Positions 12,001 through 27,500 of a stretch of 64,000 nt of DNA are shown here, piece by piece. The position numbers were made by a program, and so were the translations under genes. Source of the DNA: Azolla caroliniana (lineage: Eukaryota; Plantae; Polypodiophyta). The notes beneath the pieces are model-generated. The model was not told the origin of the DNA. It saw nothing but the letters and a program-made list of their open reading frames with translations, and did no database searches. Position 1 is the first letter of the stretch. The number at the start of each line of letters is the position of its first letter. The DNA lies in the NCBI GenBank assembly GCA_043228905.1, contig JBHGNT010000042.1, positions 157,959-221,958 on the forward strand, in the 5' to 3' direction.

Positions 12001-15000
12001 AGCGCGTTAGTAAATTAAAATGTTCATACCTAGCTTCTGTGACATTGGATTTCTGTGTTCAAACATGCGAATCGAAGTTAACAACGCTTGCTATAATATG
12101 GAGTAAAAAAATCAAGATTTTGAAACTCAGGTCGAGAGACATGAATAAATTAGCAAATTTGAGGCGGGAGTGGACAAGAGCAACTAGGTAAATTAAAATG
12201 TTCATACCTGGCTCCTGTGATATCGGATTTATGTGTTCAAACATGCGAATCGAAGCTAATAACACTATCTCTAATATGGAATTAAAAAATCAAGATTTTG
12301 AAACTTAGGTCGAAAGACATGAAGAAATTAGCAAATTTGAGGAGGTAGTGGAGAAGATCGCGTTAGTAAATTAAAATGTTCATACCTGGCTCGTGTGATC
12401 TCGGATTTTTGTGTTCAAACATGCGAATCGAAGCTAATAACGCTATCTCTGATATGAAAATAAAAAATCAAGATTTTGAAACTCAGGTCGAGAGACATGA
12501 AGAAATTAGCAAATTTGAGGAGGGAGTTTAGAAGAGCGCGTTAGTAAATTAAAATGTTCATACCTGGCTTCTGTGACATTGGATTTCTGTGTTCAAACAT
12601 GCGAATCGAAGTTAACAACGCTTGCTATAATATGGAGTAAAAAAATCAAGATTTTGAAACTCAGGTCGAGAGACATGAATAAATTAGCAAATTTGAGGCG
12701 GGAGTGGACAAGAGCAACCAGGTAAATTAAAATGTTCATACCTGGCTCCTGTGATATCGGATTTCTGTGTTCAAACCTGCGAATCGAAGCTAATAACGCT
12801 AGCTCTGATATAGAATTAAAAAATCAAGATTTTGAAACTCACCTCGAGAGAGATGAAGAAATTAGCAAATTTGAGGAGGTAGTGGAGAAGAGCGCGTTAG
12901 TAAATTAAAATGTTCATACCTGGCTCGTGTGATATCGGATTTCTGTGTTTAAAAATGCGAATCGAAGCTAACAACGCTAGCTCTGATATGGAATTAAAAA
13001 ATCAAGATTTTGAGACTCACGTCGAGAGACATGAAGAAATTAGCAAATATGAGGCGGGAGTTGACAAGACCAAGTAGGTAAATTAAAATGTTCATACCTG
13101 GCTCGTGTGATATCGGATTTTTATGTTTAAGCATGCGAATCGAAGCTAATAACGCTAGCTCTGATATGGAATTAAAAAATAAAGATTTTGAAACTCACCT
13201 CGAGAGAGATGAAGAAATTAGCAAATTTGAGGAGGGAGTTTAGAAGAGCCCGTTAGTAAATTAAAATGTTCAGACCTGGCTTCTGTGACATTAGATTTCT
13301 GTGTTCAAATATGCGAATCGAAGTTCACAACGCTTGCTATAATATGGAATAAAAAGATCAAGATTTTGAAACTCAGGTCGAGAGACATGAAGAAATTAGC
13401 AAATTTGAGGGGAGAGTTTAGAAGAGCGCGTTAGTAAATTAAAATGTTCATACCTGGCTTCTGTTATATTGGATTTCTGTGTTCAAACATGCGAATCGAA
13501 ATTAACATCGGTTATTTTAATATGGAATAAAAAAATCAAGATTTTGAAACTCAGGTCGAGAGACCTGAATAAATTAGCAAATTTGAGGCGGGAGTTGACA
13601 AGAGCAACTAGGGAAATTAAAATGTTCATAACTGGCTCCTGTGATATCGGATTTCTGTGTTCAAACATGCGAATCGAAGCTAATAACGCCATCTCTAATA
13701 TGAAAATAAAAAATCAAGATTTTGAAACTCATCTCGAAAGACATGAAAAAATTAGCAAATTTGAGGAGGTAGTGGAGAAGATCGCGTTAGTAAATCAAAA
13801 TGTTCATACCTGGCTCGTGTGATATCGGATTTTTGTGTTCAAACATGCGAATCGAAGCTAATAATGCTATCTCTAATATGGAATTAAAAAATCAAGATTT
13901 GGAAACTCAGGTCGAGAGACATGAAGAAATTAGCAAATTTGAGGAGGTAGTGGAGAAGATCGCGCTAGTAAATTAAAATGTTCATACCTGGCTTGTGTGA
14001 TATTGGATTTCTGTGTTTAAAAATGTGAATCGAAGCTAACACCGCGAGCTCTAATATGGAATTAAGAAATCAAGATTTTGAAACTCAGGTCGAGAGACAT
14101 GAAGAAATTAGCAAATTTGAGGAGGGAGTTTAGAAGAGCGCGTTAGTAAATTAAAATGTTCATACCTAGCTTCTGTGACATTGGATTTCTGTGTTCAAAC
14201 ATGCGAATCGAAGTTAACAACGCTTGCTATAATATGGAGTAAAAAAATCAAGATTTTGAAACTCAGGTCGAGAGACATGAATAAATTAGCAAATTTGAGG
14301 CGGGAGTGGACAAGAGCAACTAGGTAAATTAAAATGTTCATACCTGGCTCCTGTGATATCGGATTTATGTGTTCAAACATGCGAATCGAAGCTAATAACA
14401 CTATCTCTAATATGGAATTAAAAAATCAAGATTTTGAAACTTAGGTCGAAAGACATGAAGAAATTAGCAAATTTGAGGAGGTAGTGGAGAAGATCGCGTT
14501 AGTAAATTAAAATGTTCATACCTGGCTCGTGTGATCTCGGATTTTTGTGTTCAAACATGCGAATCGAAGCTAATAACGCTATCTCTGATATGAAAATAAA
14601 AAATCAAGATTTTGAAACTCAGGTCGAGAGACATGAAGAAATTAGCAAATTTGAGGAGGGAGTTTAGAAGAGCGCGTAAGTAAATTAAAATGTTCATACC
14701 TGGATTCTGTGACATTGGATTTCTGTGTTCAAACATGCGAATCGAAGTTAACAACGCTTGCTATAATATGGAGTAAAAAAATCAAGATTTTGAAACTCAG
14801 GTCGAGAGACATGAATAAATTAGCAAATTTGAGGCGGGAGTGGACAAGAGCAACCAGGTAAATTAAAATGTTCATACCTGGCTCCTGTGATATCGGATTT
14901 CTGTGTTCAAACCTGCGAATCGAAGCTAATAACGCTAGCTCTGATATAGAATTAAAAAATCAAGATTTTGAAACTCACCTCGAGAGAGATGAAGAAATTA

Positions 15001-15525
15001 GCAAATTTGAGGAGGTAGTGGAGAAGAGCGCGTTAGTAAATTAAAATGTTCATACCTGGCTCGTGTGATATCGGATTTCTGTGTTTAAAAATGCGAATCG
15101 AAGCTAACAACGCTAGCTCTGATATGGAATTAAAAAATCAAGATTTTGAGACTCACGTCGAGAGACATGAAGAAATTAGCAAATATGAGGCGGGAGTTGA
15201 CAAGACCAAGTAGGTAAATTAAAATGTTCATACCTGGCTCGTGTGATATCGGATTTTTATGTTTAAGCATGCGAATCGAAGCTAATAACGCTAGCTCTGA
15301 TATGGAATTAAAAAATAAAGATTTTGAAACTCACCTCGAGAGAGATGAAGAAATTAGCAAATTTGAGGAGGGAGTTTAGAAGAGCCCGTTAGTAAATTAA
15401 AATGTTCAGACCTGGCTTCTGTGACATTAGATTTCTGTGTTCAAATATGCGAATCGAAGTTAACAACGCTTGCTATAATATGGAATAAAAAGATCAAGAT
15501 TTTGAAACTCAGGTCGAGAGACATG
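9085..15525 (+). repeat. 12-monomer HOR (2136 bp), 3 near-identical copies
   Basis: Identical 117-aa spurious ORFs at 9197, 11333 and 13469. The private monomer 'gaaattaacatcggttattttaata' and the markers 'cataactgg' and 'gatttggaaac' recur every 2136 bp. Confidence 0.95.
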
Positions 15526-15596
15526 AATAAATTAGCAAATTTGAGGCGGGAGTGGACAAGAGCAACTAGGTAAATTAAAATGTTCGTACCTGGCTC

Positions 15597-18500
15597 CTGT
15601 GACATTGGATTTCTGTGTTCAAACATGCGAATCGAAGTTAACAACGCTTGCTATAATATGGAGTAAAAAAATCAAGATTTTGAAACTCAGGTCGAGAGAC
15701 ATGAATAAATTAGCAAATTTGAGGCGGGAGTGGACAAGAGCAACTAGGTAAATTAAAATGTTCGTACCTGGCTCCTGTGATATCGGATTTCTGTGTTCAA
15801 ACCTGCGAATCGAAGCTAATAACGCTAGCTCTGATATGGAATTAAAAAATCAAGATTTTGAAACTCACCTCGAGAGAGATGAAGAAATTAGCAAATTTGA
15901 GGAGGTAGTGGAGAAGAGCGCGTTAGTAAATTAAAATGTTCATACCTGGCTCGTGTGATATCGGATTTCTGTGTTTAAAAATGCGAATCGAAGCTAACAA
16001 CGCTAGCTCTGATATGGAATGAAAAAATCAAGATTTTGAAACTCAGGTCGAGAGACATGAATAAATTAGCAAATTTGAGGAGGGAGTGGACAAGAGCAAC
16101 TAGGTAAATTAAAATGTTCATACCTGGCTCCTGTGATATCGGATTTATGTGTTCAAACATGCGAATCGAAGCTAATAACGGTATCTCTTATATGGAATTA
16201 AGAAATCAAGATTTTGAAACTCACCTCGAGAGACATGAAGAAAGTAGCAAATTTGAGGAGGTAGTAGAGAAGAGCGCGTTAGTAAATTAAAATGTTCATA
16301 CCTGGCTCGTGTAATATCGGATTTCTGTGTTTAAAAATGCGAATCGAAGCTAACAATGTTAGCTCTAATATTGGATTAAAAAATGAAGATTTTGAAACTC
16401 ACCTCGAGAGAGATGAAGAAATTAGCAAATTTGAGGAGGTAGTGGAGAAGATCGCAATAGTAAATTAAAATGTTCATACCTGGCTTGTGTGATATTGGAT
16501 TTCTGTGTTTAAAAATGTGAATCGAAGCTAACACCGCGAGCTCTAATATGGAATTAAAAAATCAAGATTTTGAAACTCAGGTCGAGAGCCATGAAGAAAT
16601 TAGCATATTTGAGGAGGTAGTGGAGAAGAGCGCGTTAGTAAATTAAAATGTTCATACCTGGCTCGTGTGATATCGGATTTCTGTGTTTAAACATGCGAAT
16701 CGAAGCTAACAACGCTGGCTCTGATATGGAGTGAAAAAATCAAGATTTTGAAACTCAGGTCGAGAGACATGAATAAATTAGCAAATTTGAGGCGGGAGTT
16801 GACAAGAGCAACTAGGTAAATTAAAATGTTCATACCTGGCTCCTGTGATATCGGATTTATGTGTTCAAACATGCGAATCGAAGCTAATAACGGTATCTCT
16901 TATATGGAATTAAGAAATCAAGATTTTGAAACTCACCTCGAGAGACATGAAGAAAGTAGCAAATTTGAGGAGGTAGTGGAGAAGAGCGCGTTAGTAAATT
17001 AAAATGTTCATACCTGGCTCGTGTGATATCGGATTTCTGTGTTTAAAAATGCGAATCGAAGCTAACAACGCTAGCTCTAATATGGAATTAAAAAATCAAG
17101 ATTTTGAAACTCAGGTCGAGAGACATGAAGAAATTAGCAAATTTGAGGAGGGAGTTTAGAAGAGCGCGTTAGTAAATTAAAATGTTCATACCTGGCTTCT
17201 GTGACATTGGATTTCTGTGTTCAAACATGCGAATCGAAGTTAACAACGCTTGCTATAATATGGAGTAAAAAAATCAAGATTTTGAAACTCAGGTCGAGAG
17301 ACATGAATAAATTAGCAAATTTGAGGCGGGAGTGGACAAGAGCAAGTAGGTAAATTAAAATGTTCATACCTGGCTCCTGTGATATCGGATTTATGTGTTC
17401 AAACATGCGAATCGAAGCTAATAACACTATCTCTAATATGGAATTAAAAAATCAAGATTTTGAAACTCAAGTCGAAAGACATAAAGAAATTAGCAAATTT
17501 GAGGAGGTAGTGGAGAAGATCGCGTTAGTAAATTAAAATGTTCATACCTGGCTTCTGTGATCTCGGATTTTTGTGTTCAAACATGCGAATCGAAGCTAAT
17601 AACGCTATCTCTGATATGAAAATAAAAAATCAAGATTTTGAAACTCAGGTCGAGAGACATGAAGAAATTAGCAAATTTGAGGAGGGAGTTTAGAAGAGCG
17701 CGTTAGTAAATTAAAATGTTCATACCTGGATTCTGTGACATTGAATTTCTGTGTTCAAACATGCGAATCGAAGTTAACAACGCTTGCTATAATATGGAGT
17801 AAAAAAATCAAGATTTTGAAACTCAGGTCGAGAGACATGAATAAATTAGCAAATTTGAGGCGGGAGTGGACAAGAGCAACCAGGTAAATTAAAATGTTCA
17901 TACCTGGCTCCTGTGATATCGGATTTCTGTGTTCAAACCTGCGAATCGAAGCTAATAACGCTAGCTCTGATATAGAATTAAAAAATCAAGATTTTGAAAC
18001 TCACCTCGAGAGAGATGAAGAAATTAGCAAATTTGAGGAGGTAGTGGAGAAGAGCGCGTTAGTAAATTAAAATGTTCATACCTGGCTCGTGTGATATCGG
18101 ATTTCTGTGTTTAAAAATGCGAATCGAAGCTAACAACGCTAGCTCTGATATGGAATTAAAAAATCAAGATTTTGAGACTCACGTCGAGAGACATGAAGAA
18201 ATTAGCAAATATGAGGCGGGAGTTGACAAGACCAAGTAGGTAAATTAAAATGTTCATACCTGGCTCGTGTGATATCGGATTTTTATGTTTAAGCATGCGA
18301 ATCGAAGCTAGTAACGCTAGCTCTGATATGGAATTAAAAAATAAAGATTTTGAAACTCACCTCGAGAGAGATGAAGAAATTAGCAAATTTGAGGAGGGAG
18401 TTTAGAAGAGCCCGTTAGTAAATTAAAATGTTCAGACCTGGCTTCTGTGACATTAGATTTCTGTGTTCAAATATGCGAATCGAAGTTAACAACGCTTGCT

Positions 18501-21500
18501 ATAATATGGAATAAAAAGATCAAGATTTTGAAACTCAGGTCGAGAGACATGAATAAATTAGCAAATTTGAGGCGGGAGTGGACAAGAGCAACTAGGTAAA
18601 TTAAAATGTTCATACCTTGCTCCTGCGAATTGAAGCTAATAACGCTAGCTCTGATATGGAATTAAAAAATCAAGATTTTGAAACTCACCTCGAGAGAGAT
18701 GAAGAAATTAGCAAATTTGAGGCGGTAGTGGAGAAGATCGCGCTAGTAAATTAAAATGTTCATACCTAGCTTGTGTGATATTGGATTTCTGTGTTTAAAA
18801 ACGTGAATCGAAGCTAACACCGCGAGCTCTAATATGGAATTAAAAGATCAAGATTTTGAAACTCAGGTCGAGAGACATGAAGAAATTAGCATATTTGAGG
18901 AGGTAGTGGAGAAGAGCGCGTTAGTAAATTAAAATGTTCATACCTGGCTCGTGTGATATCGGATTTCTGTGTTTAAACATGCGAATCGAAGCTAACAACG
19001 CTGGCTCTGATATGGAGTGAAAAAATCAAGATTTTGAAACTCAGGTCGAGAGACATGAATAAATTAGCAAATTTGAGGCGGGAGTTGACAAGAGCAACTA
19101 GGTAAATTAAAATGTTCATACCTGGCTCCTGTGATATCGGATTTATGTGTTCAAACATGCGAATCGAAGCTAATAACGGTATGTCTTATATGGAATTAAG
19201 AAATCAAGATTTTGAAACTCACCTCGAGAGACATGAAGAAAGTAGCAAATTTGAGGAGGTAGTGGAGAAGAGCGCGTTAGTAAATTAAAATGTTCCTACC
19301 TGGCTCGTGTGATATCGGATTTCTGTGTTTAAAAATGCGAATCGAAGCTAACAACGCTAGCTCTAATATGAAATTAAAAAATCAAGATTTTGAAACTCAG
19401 GTCGAGAGACATGAAGAAATTAGCAAATTTGAGGAGGGAGTTTAGAAGAGCGCGTTAGTAAATTAAAATGTTCATACCTGGCTTCTGTGACATTGGATTT
19501 CTGTGTTCAAACATGCGAATCGAAGTTAACAACGCTTGCTATAATATGGAGTAAAAAAATCAAGATTTTGAAACTCAGGTCGAGAGACATGAATAAATTA
19601 GCAAATTTGAGCCGGGAGTGGACAAGAGCAACTAGGTAAATTAAAATGTTCATACCTGGCTCCTGTGATATCGGATTTATGTGTTCAAACATGCGAATCG
19701 AAGCTAATAACACTATCTCTAATATGGAATTAAAAAATCAAGATTTTGAAACTCAGGTCGAAAGACATGAAGAAATTAGCAAATTTGAGGAGGTAGTGGA
19801 GAAGATCGCGTTAGTAAATTAAAATGTTCATACCTGGCTCGTGTGATCTCGGATTTTTGTGTTCAAACATGCGAATCGAAGCTAATAACGCTATCTCTGA
19901 TATGAAAATAAAAAATCAAGATTTTGAAACTCAGGTCGAGAGACATGAAGAAATTAGCAAATTTGAGGAGGGAGTTTAGAAGAGCGCATTAGTAAATTAA
20001 AATGTTCATACCTGGCTTCTGTGACATTGGATTTCTGTGTTCAAACATGCGAATCGAAGTTAACAACGCTTGCTATAATATGGAGTAAAAAAATCAAGAT
20101 TTTGAAACTCAGGTCGAGAGACATGAATAAATTAGCAAATTTGAGGCGGGAGTGGACAAGAGCAACCAGGTAAATTAAAATGTTCATACCTGGCTCCTGT
20201 GATATCGGATTTCTGTGTTCAAACCTGCGAATCGAAGCTAATAACGCTAGCTCTGATATAGAATTAAAAAATCAAGATTTTGAAACTCACCTCGAGAGAG
20301 ATGAAGAAATTAGCAAATTTGAGGAGGTAGTGGAGAAGAGCGCGTTAGTAAATTAAAATGTTCATACCTGGCTCGTGTGATATCGGATTTCTGTGTTTAA
20401 AAATGCGAATCGAAGCTAACAACGCTAGCTCTGATATGGAATTAAAAAATCAAGATTTTGAGACTCACGTCGAGAGACATGAAGAAATTAGCAAATATGA
20501 GGCGGGAGTTGACAAGACCAAGTAGGTAAATTAAAATGTTCATACCTGGCTCGTGTGATATCGGATTTTTATGTTTAAGCATGCGAATCGAAGCTAGTAA
20601 CGCTAGCTCTGATATGGAATTAAAAAATAAAGATTTTGAAACTCACCTCGAGAGAGATGAAGAAATTAGCAAATTTGAGGAGGGAGTTTAGAAGAGCCCG
20701 TTAGTAAATTAAAATGTTCAGACCTGGCTTCTGTGACATTAGATTTCTGTGTTCAAATATGCGAATCGAAGTTAACAACGCTTGCTATAATATGGAATAA
20801 AAAGATCAAGATTTTGAAACTCAGGTCGAGAGACATGAATAAATTAGCAAATTTGAGGCGGGAGTGGACAAGAGCAACTAGGTAAATTAAAATGTTCATA
20901 CCTTGCTCCTGCGAATTGAAGCTAATAACGCTAGCTCTGATATGGAATTAAAAAATCAAGATTTTGAAACTCACCTCGAGAGAGATGAAGAAATTAGCAA
21001 ATTTGAGGCGGTAGTGGAGAAGATCGCGCTAGTAAATTAAAATGTTCATACCTAGCTTGTGTGATATTGGATTTCTGTGTTTAAAAACGTGAATCGAAGC
21101 TAACACCGCGAGCTCTAATATGGAATTAAAAGATCAAGATTTTGAAACTCAGGTCGAGAGACATGAAGAAATTAGCATATTTGAGGAGGTAGTGGAGAAG
21201 AGCGCGTTAGTAAATTAAAATGTTCATACCTGGCTCGTGTGATATCGGATTTCTGTGTTTAAACATGCGAATCGAAGCTAACAACGCTGGCTCTGATATG
21301 GAGTGAAAAAATCAAGATTTTGAAACTCAGGTCGAGAGACATGAATAAATTAGCAAATTTGAGGCGGGAGTTGACAAGAGCAACTAGGTAAATTAAAATG
21401 TTCATACCTGGCTCCTGTGATATCGGATTTATGTGTTCAAACATGCGAATCGAAGCTAATAACGGTATGTCTTATATGGAATTAAGAAATCAAGATTTTG

Positions 21501-24500
21501 AAACTCACCTCGAGAGACATGAAGAAAGTAGCAAATTTGAGGAGGTAGTGGAGAAGAGCGCGTTAGTAAATTAAAATGTTCCTACCTGGCTCGTGTGATA
21601 TCGGATTTCTGTGTTTAAAAATGCGAATCGAAGCTAACAACGCTAGCTCTAATATGGAATTAAAAAATCAAGATTTTGAAACTCAGGTCGAGAGACATGA
21701 AGAAATTAGCAAATTTGAGGAGGGAGTTTAGAAGAGCGCGTTAGTAAATTAAAATGTTCATACCTGGCTTCTGTGACATTGGATTTCTGTGTTCAAACAT
21801 GCGAATCGAAGTTAACAACGCTTGCTATAATATGGAGTAAAAAAATCAAGATTTTGAAACTCAGGTCGAGAGACATGAATAAATTAGCAAATTTGAGCCG
21901 GGAGTGGACAAGAGCAAGTAGGTAAATTAAAATGTTCATACCTGGCTCCTGTGATATCGGATTTATGTGTTCAAACATGCGAATCGAAGCTAATAACACT
22001 ATCTCTAATATGGAATTAAAAAATCAAGATTTTGAAACTCAGGTCGAAAGACATGAAGAAATTAGCAAATTTGAGGAGGTAGTGGAGAAGATCGCGTTAG
22101 TAAATTAAAATGTTCATACCTGGCTCGTGTGATCTCGGATTTTTGTGTTCAAACATGCGAATCGAAGCTAATAACGCTATCTCTGATATGAAAATAAAAA
22201 ATCAAGATTTTGAAACTCAGGTCGAGAGACATGAAGAAATTAGCAAATTTGAGGAGGGAGTTTAGAAGAGCGCATTAGTAAATTAAAATGTTCATACCTG
22301 GCTTCTGTGACATTGGATTTCTGTGTTCAAACATGCGAATCGAAGTTAACAACGCTTGCTATAATATGGAGTAAAAAAATCAAGATTTTGAAACTCAGGT
22401 CGAGAGACATGAACAAATTAGCAAATTTGAGGCGGGAGTGGACAAGAGCAACTAGGTAAATTAAAATGTTCGTACCTGGCTCCTGTGATATCGGATTTCT
22501 GTGTTCAAACCTGCGAATCGAAGCTAATAACGCTAGCTCTGATATGGAATTAAAAAATCAAGATTTTGAAACTCACCTCGAGAGAGATGAAGAAATTAGC
22601 AAATTTGAGGAGGTAGTGGAGAAGAGCGCGTTAGTAAATTAAAATGTTCATACCTGGCTCGTGTGATATCGGATTTCTGTGTTTAAAAATGCGAATCGAA
22701 GCTAACAACGCTAGCTCTGATATGGAATGAAAAAATCAAGATTTTGAAACTCAGGTCGAGAGACATGAATAAATTAGCAAATTTGAGGAGGGAGTGGACA
22801 AGAGCAACTAGGTAAATTAAAATGTTCATACCTGGCTCCTGTGATATCGGATTTATGTGTTCAAACATGCGAATCGAAGCTAATAACGGTATCTCTTATA
22901 TGGAATTAAGAAATCAAGATTTTGAAACTCACCTCGAGAGACATGAAGAAAGTAGCAAATTTGAGGAGGTAGTAGAGAAGAGCGCGTTAGTAAATTAAAA
23001 TGTTCATACCTGGCTCGTGTAATATCGGATTTCTGTGTTTAAAAATGCGAATCGAAGCTAACAATGTTAGCTCTAATATTGGATTAAAAAATGAAGATTT
23101 TGAAACTCACCTCGAGAGAGATGAATAAATTAGCAAATTTGAGGAGGTAGTGGAGAAGATCGCAATAGTAAATTAAAATGTTCATACCTGGCTTGTGTGA
23201 TATTGGATTTCTGTGTTTAAAAATGTGAATCGAAGCTAACACCGCGAGCTCTAATATGGAATTAAAAAATCAAGATTTTGAAACTCAGGTCGAGAGCCAT
23301 GAAGAAATTAGCATATTTGAGGAGGTAGTGGAGAAGAGCGCGTTAGTAAATTAAAATGTTCATACCTGGCTCGTGTGATATCGGATTTCTGTGTTTAAAC
23401 ATGCGAATCGAAGCTAACAACGCTGGCTCTGATATGGAGTGAAAAAATCAAGATTTTGAAACTCAGGTCGAGAGACATGAATAAATTAGCAAATTTGAGG
23501 CGGGAGTTGACAAGAGCAACTAGGTAAATTAAAATGTTCATACCTGGCTCCTGTGATATCGGATTTATGTGTTCAAACATGCGAATCGAAGCTAATAACG
23601 GTATCTCTTATATGGAATTAAGAAATCAAGATTTTGAAACTCACCTCGAGAGACATGCAGAAAGTAGCAAATTTGAGGAGGTAGTGGAGAAGAGCGCGTT
23701 AGTAAATTAAAATGTTCATACCTGGCTCGTGTGATATCGGATTTCTGTGTTTAAAAATGCGAATCGAAGCTAACAACGCTAGCTCTAATATGGAATTAAA
23801 AAATCAAGATTTTGAAACTCAGGTCGAGAGACATGAAGAAATTAGCAAATTTGAGGAGGGAGTTTAGAAGAGCGCGTTAGTAAATTAAAATGTTCATACC
23901 TGGCTTCTGTGACATTGGATTTCTGTGTTCAAACATGCGAATCGAAGTTAACAACGCTTGCTATAATATGGAGTAAAAAAATCAAGATTTTGAAACTCAG
24001 GTCGAGAGACATGAATAAATTAGCAAATTTGAGGCGGGAGTGGACAAGAGCAAGTAGGTAAATTAAAATGTTCATACCTGGCTCCTGTGATATCGGATTT
24101 ATGTGTTCAAACATGCGAATCGAAGCTAATAACACTATCTCTAATATGGAATTAAAAAATCAAGATTTTGAAACTCAAGTCGAAAGACATAAAGAAATTA
24201 GCAAATTTGAGGAGGTAGTGGAGAAGATCGCGTTACTAAATTAAAATGTTCATACCTGGCTTCTGTGATCTCGGATTTTTGTGTTCAAACATGCGAATCG
24301 AAGCTAATAACGCTATCTCTGATATGAAAATAAAAAATCAAGATTTTGAAACTCAGGTCGAGAGACATGAAGAAATTAGCAAATTTGAGGAGGGAGTTTA
24401 GAAGAGCGCGTTAGTAAATTAAAATGTTCATACCTGGATTCTGTGACATTGGATTTCTGTGTTCAAACATGCGAATCGAAGTTAACAACGCTTGCTATAA

Positions 24501-27500
24501 TATGGAGTAAAAAAATCAAGATTTTGAAACTCAGGTCGAGAGACATGAATAAATTAGCAAATTTGAGGCGGGAGTGGACAAGAGCAACCAGGTAAATTAA
24601 AATGTTCATACCTGGCTCCTGTGATATCGGATTTCTGTGTTCAAACCTGCGAATCGAAGCTAATAACGCTAGCTCTGATATAGAATTAAAAAATCAAGAT
24701 TTTGAAACTCACCTCGAGAGAGATGAAGAAATTAGCAAATTTGAGGAGGTAGTGGAGAAGAGCGCGTTAGTAAATTAAAATGTTCATACCTGGCTCGTGT
24801 GATATCGGATTTCTGTGTTTAAAAATGCGAATCGAAGCTAACAACGCTAGCTCTGATATGGAATTAAAAAATCAAGATTTTGAGACTCACGTCGAGAGAC
24901 ATGAAGAAATTAGCAAATATGAGGCGGGAGTTGACAAGACCAAGTAGGTAAATTAAAATGTTCATACCTGGCTCGTGTGATATCGGATTTTTATGTTTAA
25001 GCATGCGAATCGAAGCTAGTAACGCTAGCTCTGATATGGAATTAAAAAATAAAGATTTTGAAACTCACCTCGAGAGAGATGAAGAAATTAGCAAATTTGA
25101 GGAGGGAGTTTAGAAGAGCCCGTTAGTAAATTAAAATGTTCAGACCTGGCTTCTGTGACATTAGATTTCTGTGTTCAAATATGCGAATCGAAGTTAACAA
25201 CGCTTGCTATAATATGGAATAAAAAGATCAAGATTTTGAAACTCAGGTCGAGAGACATGAATAAATTAGCAAATTTGAGGCGGGAGTGGACAAGAGCAAC
25301 TAGGTAAATTAAAATGTTCATACCTTGCTCCTGCGAATTGAAGCTAATAACGCTAGCTCTGATATGGAATTAAAAAATCAAGATTTTGAAACTCACCTCG
25401 AGAGAGATGAAGAAATTAGCAAATTTGAGGCGGTAGTGGAGAAGATCGCGCTAGTAAATTAAAATGTTCATACCTAGCTTGTGTGATATTGGATTTCTGT
25501 GTTTAAAAACGTGAATCGAAGCTAACACCGCGAGCTCTAATATGGAATTAAAAGATCAAGATTTTGAAACTCAGGTCGAGAGACATGAAGAAATTAGCAT
25601 ATTTGAGGAGGTAGTGGAGAAGAGCGCGTTAGTAAATTAAAATGTTCATACCTGGCTCGTGTGATATCGGATTTCTGTGTTTAAACATGCGAATCGAAGC
25701 TAACAACGCTGGCTCTGATATGGAGTGAAAAAATCAAGATTTTGAAACTCAGGTCGAGAGACATGAATAAATTAGCAAATTTGAGGCGGGAGTTGACAAG
25801 AGCAACTAGGTAAATTAAAATGTTCATACCTGGCTCCTGTGATATCGGATTTATGTGTTCAAACATGCGAATCGAAGCTAATAACGGTATGTCTTATATG
25901 GAATTAAGAAATCAAGATTTTGAAACTCACCTCGAGAGACATGAAGAAAGTAGCAAATTTGAGGAGGTAGTGGAGAAGAGCGCGTTAGTAAATTAAAATG
26001 TTCCTACCTGGCTCGTGTGATATCGGATTTCTGTGTTTAAAAATGCGAATCGAAGCTAACAACGCTAGCTCTAATATGAAATTAAAAAATCAAGATTTTG
26101 AAACTCAGGTCGAGAGACATGAAGAAATTAGCAAATTTGAGGAGGGAGTTTAGAAGAGCGCGTTAGTAAATTAAAATGTTCATACCTGGCTTCTGTGACA
26201 TTGGATTTCTGTGTTCAAACATGCGAATCGAAGTTAACAACGCTTGCTATAATATGGAGTAAAAAAATCAAGATTTTGAAACTCAGGTCGAGAGACATGA
26301 ATAAATTAGCAAATTTGAGCCGGGAGTGGACAAGAGCAACTAGGTAAATTAAAATGTTCATACCTGGCTCCTGTGATATCGGATTTATGTGTTCAAACAT
26401 GCGAATCGAAGCTAATAACACTATCTCTAATATGGAATTAAAAAATCAAGATTTTGAAACTCAGGTCGAAAGACATGAAGAAATTAGCAAATTTGAGGAG
26501 GTAGTGGAGAAGATCGCGTTAGTAAATTAAAATGTTCATACCTGGCTCGTGTGATCTCGGATTTTTGTGTTCAAACATGCGAATCGAAGCTAATAACGCT
26601 ATCTCTGATATGAAAATAAAAAATCAAGATTTTGAAACTCAGGTCGAGAGACATGAAGAAATTAGCAAATTTGAGGAGGGAGTTTAGAAGAGCGCATTAG
26701 TAAATTAAAATGTTCATACCTGGCTTCTGTGACATTGGATTTCTGTGTTCAAACATGCGAATCGAAGTTAACAACGCTTGCTATAATATGGAGTAAAAAA
26801 ATCAAGATTTTGAAACTCAGGTCGAGAGACATGAATAAATTAGCAAATTTGAGGCGGGAGTGGACAAGAGCAACCAGGTAAATTAAAATGTTCATACCTG
26901 GCTCCTGTGATATCGGATTTCTGTGTTCAAACCTGCGAATCGAAGCTAATAACGCTAGCTCTGATATAGAATTAAAAAATCAAGATTTTGAAACTCACCT
27001 CGAGAGAGATGAAGAAATTAGCAAATTTGAGGAGGTAGTGGAGAAGAGCGCGTTAGTAAATTAAAATGTTCATACCTGGCTCGTGTGATATCGGATTTCT
27101 GTGTTTAAAAATGCGAATCGAAGCTAACAACGCTAGCTCTGATATGGAATTAAAAAATCAAGATTTTGAGACTCACGTCGAGAGACATGAAGAAATTAGC
27201 AAATATGAGGCGGGAGTTGACAAGACCAAGTAGGTAAATTAAAATGTTCATACCTGGCTCGTGTGATATCGGATTTTTATGTTTAAGCATGCGAATCGAA
27301 GCTAGTAACGCTAGCTCTGATATGGAATTAAAAAATAAAGATTTTGAAACTCACCTCGAGAGAGATGAAGAAATTAGCAAATTTGAGGAGGGAGTTTAGA
27401 AGAGCCCGTTAGTAAATTAAAATGTTCAGACCTGGCTTCTGTGACATTAGATTTCTGTGTTCAAATATGCGAATCGAAGTTAACAACGCTTGCTATAATA

